The notes under the pieces were generated by a model. The model was given only the letters and a program-made list of their open reading frames with translations, was not told the origin of the DNA and did not search any database. This document shows positions 17,374 to 24,605 of a DNA stretch of 43,338 nt, piece by piece. The stretch covers positions 1 to 43,338 of the forward strand of contig JAGCJE010000006.1 in assembly GCA_017648225.1 (NCBI GenBank), read 5' to 3'. Source of the stretch: Kiritimatiellia bacterium (GTDB taxonomy: Bacteria > Verrucomicrobiota > Kiritimatiellia > RFP12 > UBA1067). The stretch's first letter is position 1; each line of letters opens with the position of its first letter. A program made the translations under genes and the position numbers.

Positions 17374-18075
17374 TCAGGCGTGTACGTGATCGTGTTGATG
17401 ATGCGGATGCATCAGATGGGTGTCGCCGAGATGATTTAGCTTGTCGGTATCTGTCGATGAGAATGTCCGACTTATCTGGAATACGGCGATGCCGAGAATG
17501 AATACGAGAGCGAAAACGTCGAGAAGAATGCCGAGTTCGACGACGATTCCGTACTCAAGAAGAATCGCCGCGCCGAAAACCGATATTCCGTTTTCGAGGA
17601 TCAAAAATCCGAGAACCTGAGTAATCGCCTTTTTGCGGCCGCAGATGAGCAAAAGTCCCGTACCCATCGTCGTCAGCGCCACGGGAACGGCGAGTTCCGA
17701 CGCACTCGAGGCGTGCACATGGAGAAGACGCCCGACGGCGAAAGCGCCAATCGCGACAAAAAATACTATCAGCTGGGAAACTTGAAACGAAACTATCGGC
17801 TCAAGTTCGCGGCGGGTGCGGGCTTTACGGACGGCGTACATCAGAAGCATTGGAAGCGCAACGCCTTTTACAAGCGTATTTACGAAAGCGATTATCCACA
17901 CGCGCACACTCGGGCAGCCTTCGTCCGCCCAGTTCCACATGAGAACAGGCAATATGCCCACGACCACGCCCTGCATGGCGACAAAGCGAACGGCGGACTT
18001 TAGACGGCTCGCTCCGGCAAGAACGAGATCGGACACCAGATAGAGCGCGAGAGCTATTTCAGAAAGCGTAGTCAT
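17374..18075 (-). CDS. HyfE-like (NuoK-related) hydrogenase-4-type membrane subunit with a His-rich C-terminal tail
   Basis: 233 aa with ~7 TM. Its size and its position between the HyfC-like and HyfF-like genes match HyfE. The tail reads HLMHPHHQHDHVHA. An AGAGAGG Shine-Dalgarno lies upstream. Confidence 0.65.
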   Translation of the reverse strand: MTTLSEIALALYLVSDLVLAGASRLKSAVRFVAMQGVVVGILPVLMWNWADEGCPSVRVWIIAFVNTLVKGVALPMLLMYAVRKARTRRELEPIVSFQVSQLIVFFVAIGAFAVGRLLHVHASSASELAVPVALTTMGTGLLLICGRKKAITQVLGFLILENGISVFGAAILLEYGIVVELGILLDVFALVFILGIAVFQISRTFSSTDTDKLNHLGDTHLMHPHHQHDHVHA

Positions 18076-18093
18076 TTTTCTTACAGCCTCTCT

Positions 18094-18993
18094 TTAAAAA
18101 CAAGCCAGGAAGAAAACGGCGAGCGAAGCCATCAACAACGCCCCGAGAAGCATCTGGGGCGTTTTAAAGAATCTCACCCGCGCCGTAACCGACTCGACAA
18201 CACCGGTTACGAGAGAAATAAAGGCAACCCCGCCAAATACGGACGCCAGATGAACCCAGGCGTTACCTGATTGGGGGATGAACATCGTCACGAGAAACGC
18301 CGCAAGCAACATGAACTTTAGAGCGGAAGCGTAAAGCGCAAACGCCAGATCCACCCCGCCGACGTCGAGAAGCATCGCTTCATGAATCATCGTAAGCTCA
18401 AGGTGGGTCTCGGGATCGTCGAACGGAACGCGGCAGTTCTCAAGAAGAAACACCGCATAAAAGGCGACGAAAACCAAAATGAGCGCGACTACGCTCTCGC
18501 GCCACGTCTCGACCGAAACACCCGAGAGAATACTCGAAAGAGAAACATCCCCGTTTAATATGACGAGAAACCCTAGAATGACGAATACAACCGGCTCTAC
18601 AAGAGCGGAGAACTGCATCTCGCGCGAGGCCCCCATCCCTTCAAAAGCGTTTCCCGCGTCCAACGCTCCGATGACGGTAAAAAACCTGCCGGCTGCAAGA
18701 ATGTAAAAGAAGAGAACGGCCGGAACCATAGTCGAGCCGAGGCCGAAGCCGGTCCAGGGAAAAACCGCCGCCGCCGCGATAACAGACGCGAGCGAAACGC
18801 TCTGGGATATATCGAAAATCCAGGTTGAAGGCTGCGGGCGCGGACAGGATTTGCGCACCAATTTGAAAATATCCCTGTAAAAACGGAAAAATCCCGGTCC
18901 GCGGCGACCGCCGAAGAAGGCTTTCGTCTGATTTACGATGCCGATGAAAAGCGGCGCGAGAAGAGCCGCAAGAATCACGCTTAGAATATTCAT
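18094..18993 (-). CDS. HycD/HyfC-like (NuoH-related) membrane subunit
   Basis: I prefer the ATG at 18993 (MNILSVILAALLAPLF...), which forms an ATGA overlap with the upstream stop. It aligns by eye along its full length to E. coli HycD: GGRRGPGFFRFYRDIFKLVRK, GMGASREMQFSALVEP, RVPFDDPETHLEL. Confidence 0.85.
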   Translation of the reverse strand: MNILSVILAALLAPLFIGIVNQTKAFFGGRRGPGFFRFYRDIFKLVRKSCPRPQPSTWIFDISQSVSLASVIAAAAVFPWTGFGLGSTMVPAVLFFYILAAGRFFTVIGALDAGNAFEGMGASREMQFSALVEPVVFVILGFLVILNGDVSLSSILSGVSVETWRESVVALILVFVAFYAVFLLENCRVPFDDPETHLELTMIHEAMLLDVGGVDLAFALYASALKFMLLAAFLVTMFIPQSGNAWVHLASVFGGVAFISLVTGVVESVTARVRFFKTPQMLLGALLMASLAVFFLACF

Positions 18994-20678
18994 GAGACCA
19001 GTGCGGCGACGAGAAGCGCCAATACCGCGATGAGAATTATTAAAATATAAAGATGTAAAGAGCCGCTCTGCAATAGATGCACGCGCTGGAAAAGACGCGC
19101 CGCACGGGAAAATAGAGGCCGCCAAAGTCTGCCCAGCGCGAAGTCGTCGGTCTCGGTCACGATAGCCGCGCCAGAAGGAGCGGCCGGATCGCCCTTGAAA
19201 GGCTGAACATGACGGCGCGACTTGAGAATCGGGCGGAAGAGATCGACGAGAGGCTGTGTAAACGCCGTCGCCGTATACGCCATCCGCGATGTCGGCGCGT
19301 CATATCCGCAGTCCCAGACGGGGAGACGGGGCTTGATTTTGCCGCGCGGGCAGATGAAGCGGCGAAGAAGGAGCAGCGATACAACCACGGCGGCAAAAGC
19401 AAAACCGACCATCGCCGTCATGATGAAAATCTCGGTTTTGAATCCCCCCGTAAACTCGTGAATGAAATAAACGCTTCCAGGAATCATCGCAAGCGAGAAC
19501 AGCGACAGGAATATCTGGGCGAAATACATGCGCTTCGGGGATTCCGTCGCGTCTGCGGCTTCACGACTGCGGCTTTCGCCGAGAAACGCGCACCCGATCG
19601 ACTTGGCGTATGCCGTTGCAGCAAGACCGCCCGTAAGCGCGAGCGCGAGCGCAACAAGAAATCCGGCGGAAGCAAGAACCAGGTCGCCCGTATTTATCGC
19701 GAGAAAAGCCGAAACGTAAATCGCCAACTCCCCAATAAAACCGTTCAAAGGCGGAAGCCCCGCAAGAGCGAAGGCATTAACCGTAAAGAGCGAACCCGTA
19801 AAAGGCATTCTCCTCAAAAGCCCTCCGAGACGATCCTGATCGAGAGTACCCGTCTGGCGAAGAACCGAACCCGCGCCAAGAAAGAGCGCTCCTTTGAGAA
19901 ACGCATGATTTAATATATGAACAAGCGCACCTGCGATCGACAGGAGCGCCAGCGGAGTAAAATCGCCGCGAGCGTACAATACAGCCCCAAGCCCGAGACC
20001 CAAGGAAACGACACCCATATTCTCTACCGACGAAAAGGCCAAAAGACGTTTAAGATTGGACTGTGGCAGGGAGAAAAGAATACCGCCCACGGCGCCGATC
20101 GCACCAAGAGCGAGAAGCGTCCATCCGTAAACCTGGGCGTCAAAAGACGAAAGATGGGCGATCGGGAAAAACTTAAGAATGCCGAAAAATCCAAGAGGAA
20201 TCATCGCGCCCGACATTATAGCCGAAGCGGGCGCCGGTGCGGCAGGATGGGCCTCGGGAAGCCAGGCGTGAAACGGAGGAAAACCTATTTTTAGTCCAAA
20301 GCCGACAACCGCGAACGCGAATGCCGCGATCCATGCGTCAGGACGCATTTGAAAAACACCCGTGAGCATCAACGCGCAAGCTCCGGCATGACAGGCGAGA
20401 AGATATATCCAAGTCGCCTTTTTAACGCTTTTCTCTTTGGATTCAAAAGCCACGAGACCGGCGGACGCGAGTCCCATCGCCTCCCACGCAAGAAGAAACT
20501 GGAGTTTACCCCCGACATGGACAACCGCCAGCATCGAGGCGACCGTTGCCAGAAAAAAGACCCAGAAACGCACGAGGTGACGGCGCGCTTCACCGTGGAT
20601 ATAGGCCGTAGCGTGAACGGCCGCAGCGACGGAGAGCACCAGGATCGGTATCGAAAAAAATGTTTCAAGAGATATCAT
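18990..20678 (-). CDS. HycC/HyfB-like (NuoL-related) antiporter-like membrane subunit
   Basis: 562 aa. Blocks are AWEAMGLASAGLV (TM5 Glu), GFGLKIGFPPFHAWLPEAHPAAPAPASAIMSG (TM7 Lys) and HILNHAFLKGALFLGAG (TM12 Lys). The HycC/HyfB-type C-terminal extension (PVWDCGYDAPTSRMAYTATAFTQP) is followed by a final TM. Confidence 0.85.
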   Translation of the reverse strand: MISLETFFSIPILVLSVAAAVHATAYIHGEARRHLVRFWVFFLATVASMLAVVHVGGKLQFLLAWEAMGLASAGLVAFESKEKSVKKATWIYLLACHAGACALMLTGVFQMRPDAWIAAFAFAVVGFGLKIGFPPFHAWLPEAHPAAPAPASAIMSGAMIPLGFFGILKFFPIAHLSSFDAQVYGWTLLALGAIGAVGGILFSLPQSNLKRLLAFSSVENMGVVSLGLGLGAVLYARGDFTPLALLSIAGALVHILNHAFLKGALFLGAGSVLRQTGTLDQDRLGGLLRRMPFTGSLFTVNAFALAGLPPLNGFIGELAIYVSAFLAINTGDLVLASAGFLVALALALTGGLAATAYAKSIGCAFLGESRSREAADATESPKRMYFAQIFLSLFSLAMIPGSVYFIHEFTGGFKTEIFIMTAMVGFAFAAVVVSLLLLRRFICPRGKIKPRLPVWDCGYDAPTSRMAYTATAFTQPLVDLFRPILKSRRHVQPFKGDPAAPSGAAIVTETDDFALGRLWRPLFSRAARLFQRVHLLQSGSLHLYILIILIAVLALLVAALVS

Positions 20679-20698
20679 AAAATCGCTCGACTAAAAAT

Positions 20699-21508
20699 TC
20701 AGCGGGATTTTTTACGATTGAGCAAATATACGATTCCGACGGCGAAACGTTCGAACATCACTCCGGCGAAAAGTATAGGATGACGAAAAACCTTTTTCCA
20801 CTTTCCCTTTTCGACAAAGACGCCGACAAAACGGTACCACGGCGAGAACTGGCGGCGCACCGCAGGATGTCCGCGCCACTTTTCTTTGTAAGCGGCGAAG
20901 CTCTTGGTATAGTACGCTTTCTTTTCAAGCATCTTCTTAAAGGTAAGCCGCTTCTCATTGTGGATGAGATGGTTCTTGAGAACAGCGCACTTCGCACCTG
21001 CAGCGAGAACGCGTATATCAAGTTCCCAGTCTTCAGGTCCGGCGATAAGATTCTCATCGTAACCGCCCGTCGCCTCAAGTAAGCCCTTTCTGAAAAGTCT
21101 AAGAGCGTCAATGCAAGTGCCGTCGTAGAAGCTTCGTTCAAAGTTACGCGCCTTTACGCGGAAGCCGCTCCCAGTGCGAACCTCGGGAATCCAATACGCG
21201 TCGGCACCTTCCACGGAAAGAATTTCCTCCACCGTCTCCGGCGGAATTATCATATCGGCGTCGAGAACGATAACCCATTCGCCGCGGGCCATACGCCAGC
21301 CTAAATTGCGCTGGGCACTGCGTTCGGGGCCCTTGTCATAAACTGCTGCACCGAGTTCGAGAGCTATTTTTTTAGTATCGTCTGAAGAAGCGTTGTCTAC
21401 GACAATCACTTCGGCTTCGCCGCGCGCGACGACGCTGTCGAACGAATGAATAGAGGCAGCGATATTCGCCGCCTCATTCTTTGTCGTTATAACAACCGTT
21501 AATTTCAT
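20699..21508 (-). CDS. family-2 glycosyltransferase (small, GT-A fold)
   Basis: Motifs are MKLTVVITTKNEA, VVDNASSDDT and ILDADM (DXD). I take the ATG at 21508 as the start; the track start at 21511 is a GTG one codon upstream. GGTGGA lies upstream. The gene stops 20 nt before the hyfB-like start. Confidence 0.8.
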   Translation of the reverse strand: MKLTVVITTKNEAANIAASIHSFDSVVARGEAEVIVVDNASSDDTKKIALELGAAVYDKGPERSAQRNLGWRMARGEWVIVLDADMIIPPETVEEILSVEGADAYWIPEVRTGSGFRVKARNFERSFYDGTCIDALRLFRKGLLEATGGYDENLIAGPEDWELDIRVLAAGAKCAVLKNHLIHNEKRLTFKKMLEKKAYYTKSFAAYKEKWRGHPAVRRQFSPWYRFVGVFVEKGKWKKVFRHPILFAGVMFERFAVGIVYLLNRKKSR

Positions 21509-21522
21509 CACGATCCACCAAT

Positions 21523-21564
21523 CACTAACGACTGACCACTAACGACTAACTGCTAACGACTAAA
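21523..21564. repeat. three tandem 14-bp units with a 9-bp core (plus strand CTAACGACT, minus strand AGTCGTTAG)
   Basis: The plus strand reads cACTAACGACTgac cACTAACGACTaac tgCTAACGACTaaa. The array fills the 48-nt gap between the helicase stop and the GT2 start, and the third unit overlaps the helicase TAG. Confidence 0.7.
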
Positions 21565-23464
21565 CCGTAAACTCCTCCGTCTTCGCGGTCTGCTCGACAG
21601 GCTTGGAGTAGATGTCGCTTTCGTCGCGCAGCGGAGCCTTCGGCTCGTGGGCGTTCTCAAAGCTCGGAAGCTTGCGCTGCGGGGCGTCTTCCTTCAGCAC
21701 TGCGGGGGCACCGCTCGCGGTCGTCGCGTTCGCGTTCGCCAAAACGCCGGTAAGCGCGGCGGCGGCGGCCTTCTCCTCTTCGCCGACCGCCTCACGCGCA
21801 TCAACAGTCTCGCGAGCGGCGCTGTCGACCTCGCCGAGCTTCGTTCCGCGCGGAGGAACATCTTTCAGAAGCGGATCGTCATCCTGAATCATCGTGCACT
21901 TCAAAGGCTCTTTGATGTACTCCTCAATCTCAGGAATGGCGAAGCTCTCGTCCTCGTCGGCGAAACTGATGGCGATGCCGGTCGAACCTGCGCGGCCCGT
22001 GCGGCCGATACGGTGGACGTAATCCTCGGCCTCGTAGGGGAAGTCGAAGTTGATCACGTATTCAAGACCCTTGATGTCGATTCCGCGTCCCGCGACATCG
22101 GTCGCGACGACGACCTTAACCTCGCCGTCGCGGAAAGCGTCGAGAACCTTAAGACGCTTATTCTGGTTTACGTCGCCGGAGAGCATCTCGACCGAAACGC
22201 CGCGAACCTTAAGCGAAGAGTAAACGTCGTCTGTCGTCGCCTTTCGGTTGCAGAAGACGATGGTCCTCGCCTCGGGATGAAGCGCGATATGATTGAAAAG
22301 AACCTTGAACTTGTCCTTAGCCCTGACGATGTAAACGACCTGACGGACCGTATCCGTCGCGTTAGTCTCGCTTTCGACTTCGGCGCGATAAGGCTCTTCC
22401 ATCCAGTTGAGCGCAAGGCGCATAACCGTATCGTTAAGCGTCGCCGAATAAAGCATCGTCGCGCGCTTATCCTTGGTCGGCAGATAACTCATGATACGCC
22501 TTACATCGGGAATGAAGCCCATATCGAGCATTCTGTCGGCCTCGTCGATAACGAGAGTGTCGACGCTCGAAAGATCAATGACGCGGGATTTTACGAAGTC
22601 GAGAAGTCTGCCAGGCGTTGCGACTAAAAGATCGACGGGCGCTCCGAGAACCTCTTCGCGCTGACGGTCGTAATCCATGCCGCCGTAGACGGCGAGCGAT
22701 CTCAGATTGCAGTACCTACCGATCTTGTCGGCGTCTTTGCATATCTGGATGACGAGTTCGCGCGTCGGAGCGATGACGAGCGCGCGCGGGGCGCCGCCCG
22801 ACTTCGCGCGGTTCTCGGGCGTACGCAGATAGCGCGTCAGAATCGCGACGAGAAACGCGGCGGTCTTGCCCGAACCCGTCTGGGCTTTACCCGCGATATT
22901 CTTTCCCGCGAGAGCCTGCTCGAGCGAAATCGCCTGAATCTCCGTGCAGTACTTGAACCCGAGATCCGCGATACCGTGCATCACTTCGCTGGGGAGGTCG
23001 AAATCGTGGAAGCGCTTCTTGCCCTCCATGGGCTCGACGACAAAACTCGAAGGATCCCAGGACGCGTGAGCGGCCTTGCGTGCGGCCATTTCGCACTCGG
23101 AAACGACTCCGCCCGGACGCATCTGGTTGGCGGCGGTATTTACGGGAGCGGATCCCTTACGCCCGCGATCGCCGTGATTGCGGCGATTCTTGTCGTTGCG
23201 GCGGTCATTGCGGGGCTGATTGAAATTCTGTGAACGGCTCTCGCCGCCCTGGCGCTGGGCGTTGGACTGACTGTTCTGACGACGATCGCCCTGACGCTGC
23301 TTGCCGTCGTTACGGCGCTGGCGGTTCTTCTCGTCTCCGCGCTGCTGACCGGCGCCCTTCTTGTTGCGGCGCGACTTGCCGTTCTGATGCGCGTTGTCTT
23401 TAGTCTTTGCCTTCTTGCCGCCCGTGAAAATGCCGACAAGTTTCTTTAAAAATCCAAATGCCAT
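21560..23464 (-). CDS. DEAD-box ATP-dependent RNA helicase with ~130-aa N-terminal R/Q/N-rich and ~110-aa C-terminal extensions
   Basis: The Q motif is FHDFDL..GFKYCTEIQ. Other motifs are AQTGSGKT, PTRELV, VIDEADRML, YSATL, VATDVAGRGID and HRIGRTGRAG. The N-terminus is RRNKKGAGQQRGDEKNRQRRNDGKQRQGDRRQN... Confidence 0.9.
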   Translation of the reverse strand: MAFGFLKKLVGIFTGGKKAKTKDNAHQNGKSRRNKKGAGQQRGDEKNRQRRNDGKQRQGDRRQNSQSNAQRQGGESRSQNFNQPRNDRRNDKNRRNHGDRGRKGSAPVNTAANQMRPGGVVSECEMAARKAAHASWDPSSFVVEPMEGKKRFHDFDLPSEVMHGIADLGFKYCTEIQAISLEQALAGKNIAGKAQTGSGKTAAFLVAILTRYLRTPENRAKSGGAPRALVIAPTRELVIQICKDADKIGRYCNLRSLAVYGGMDYDRQREEVLGAPVDLLVATPGRLLDFVKSRVIDLSSVDTLVIDEADRMLDMGFIPDVRRIMSYLPTKDKRATMLYSATLNDTVMRLALNWMEEPYRAEVESETNATDTVRQVVYIVRAKDKFKVLFNHIALHPEARTIVFCNRKATTDDVYSSLKVRGVSVEMLSGDVNQNKRLKVLDAFRDGEVKVVVATDVAGRGIDIKGLEYVINFDFPYEAEDYVHRIGRTGRAGSTGIAISFADEDESFAIPEIEEYIKEPLKCTMIQDDDPLLKDVPPRGTKLGEVDSAARETVDAREAVGEEEKAAAAALTGVLANANATTASGAPAVLKEDAPQRKLPSFENAHEPKAPLRDESDIYSKPVEQTAKTEEFTV

Positions 23465-23480
23465 ATCATATACCTATAAA

Positions 23481-23501
23481 CTTCACGCGGCAGACGTGAA
23501 G
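23481..23501 (-). promoter_or_regulatory. perfect 7-bp stem / 7-nt loop hairpin 17 nt upstream of the helicase ATG
   Basis: CTTCACG(23481-87) cggcaga CGTGAAG(23495-501). It sits between the rpsI terminator-like structure and the helicase start. Confidence 0.4.
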
Positions 23502-23506
23502 TATTT

Positions 23507-23582
23507 CAAAAACAAAAAACCGATGCCCGGCCGAAAAGCTGAGGCGGAGATACCCCCGCCGCAGACATCTCGTATCCGGGCA
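23507..23582 (-). terminator. intrinsic-terminator-like structure after rpsI
   Basis: On the minus strand, the stem TGCCCGG(23582-76)...CCGGGCA(23530-24) encloses an inner GGCGG/CCGCC hairpin. It is followed by tcgGTTTTTTGTTTTTG (23523-23507). Confidence 0.5.
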
Positions 23583-23594
23583 CCTGTCGCGGAA

Positions 23595-23996
23595 TTAACG
23601 CTTCGAGAACTGGAAGCGCTTGCGGGCACCGGGCTGACCGGGTTTCTTACGCTCTTTCATGCGGCTGTCGCGGGTAAGGCAACCAGCCTTCTTGAGAGCG
23701 GCGCGGGTAGCCTCATCGGCGAGGACGAGAGCGCGGGCGAGACCGTGGCGGATGGCGCCGGCCTGGCCGGAAATGCCGCCGCCCTTGGCAAACGCGACGA
23801 CATCGACCTTGGACATGTCAAATCCGGAGATGGCGACGGGCTGCTTGAGGTAGTCGCGGAGAGCTTCGGAAGTGATGTATTCGTCGAGAGCGACCTTGTT
23901 GACGGTCCAGACACCGGTACCTTCAACGAGATTGACGCGGGCGGTCGCGGTTTTGCGACGGCCTGTTCCGGCGGAAATTGCTTTCTTGGTAGCCAT
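23595..23996 (-). CDS. rpsI: 30S ribosomal protein S9
   Basis: 133 aa. It reads GRRKTATARV...GGGISGQAGAIRHGLARAL and ends ...KRFQFSKR. An AAGGAGA Shine-Dalgarno is present, and the gene lies directly downstream of rplM. Confidence 0.95.
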   Translation of the reverse strand: MATKKAISAGTGRRKTATARVNLVEGTGVWTVNKVALDEYITSEALRDYLKQPVAISGFDMSKVDVVAFAKGGGISGQAGAIRHGLARALVLADEATRAALKKAGCLTRDSRMKERKKPGQPGARKRFQFSKR

Positions 23997-24010
23997 TTTA
24001 AATTATCTCC

Positions 24011-24442
24011 TTAGAGCTTGATTTCGACCGGCTTCTGCGCGGCGTGGGTGTGTTCGGCGCCGGCGAAGACTTTAAGACGCGTCATCATCTTGCGGGCGAT
24101 GTTGTTCTTCGGGAGCATACCCCAGACAGCTTCCTTGATCATGCGGTCAGGGTGGCTGGCGCGCATCTCGGCGGCGCTGAAACGCTTAAGACCGTTACGG
24201 AAACCGCTGTAGCGCTGATATTCCTTCTGCTCTTCCTTGTTGCCCGTGAGCTTGACTTCAGCGGCGTTCGTAACGATAACGAAGCTGCCGGCGTCGACGG
24301 ACGGATCAAACGTGGGGAGATCCTTGGCGCGGAGTTTGTTGGCGATAACGACGGCGATACGGCCGAGAGACTGGCCCTTCGCGTCGATGAGGAACCACTG
24401 GCGGTTGTCGCCGGGATTCGGAGCACGATAGCTCTTCTGCAT
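24011..24442 (-). CDS. rplM: 50S ribosomal protein L13
   Basis: 143 aa. Recognisable stretches are RQWFLIDAKGQSLGRIAVVIANKLRAK, YQRYSGFRNGLK and AVWGMLPKN. The order is the canonical rplM-rpsI. Confidence 0.95.
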   Translation of the reverse strand: MQKSYRAPNPGDNRQWFLIDAKGQSLGRIAVVIANKLRAKDLPTFDPSVDAGSFVIVTNAAEVKLTGNKEEQKEYQRYSGFRNGLKRFSAAEMRASHPDRMIKEAVWGMLPKNNIARKMMTRLKVFAGAEHTHAAQKPVEIKL

Positions 24443-24566
24443 CTTTATTTTCCTTTTTTCTTACGGATTTGTGCCCTTTATCCAGGGTTTTGTCCGCTTT
24501 ACAGCCCGAGGACCTTCCTCGGACAGGGAAGCCGGTTTATTCCCCCGACTTCACGTTTGAAGGTAT

Positions 24567-24596
24567 ATTTTACCAAAAACCGCCCATTGATTGCAA
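24567..24596 (-). promoter_or_regulatory. sigma70-like promoter for rplM-rpsI: -35 TTGCAA, 18-nt spacer, extended -10 TGgTAAAAT
   Basis: The reverse strand reads TTGCAAtcaatgggcggtttttggTAAAAT. This predicts a ~118-nt leader containing the hairpin CCGAGGA(24506-12)/TCCTCGG(24516-22). Confidence 0.5.
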
Positions 24597-24605
24597 TACC
24601 AAACA

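Noticed and set aside
18994-19125. Track's longer version of the HycD/HyfC-like ORF (start at 19125)
   Set aside because: The 44-aa extension lies entirely inside the HyfB-like gene. The MNILS start aligns with the HycD N-terminus and forms a typical ATGA overlap.
15396-20783. Numerous long plus-strand ORFs (for example 15396-16316, 16725-17345, 19209-19913, 20349-20783) rich in Arg/Lys/Glu
   Set aside because: They lie antisense to the motif-supported metallophosphoesterase and Hyf-like genes. Their composition (R/K/E-rich, no hydrophobic cores) is the usual shadow of GC-rich membrane-protein genes, and I recognised no motifs.
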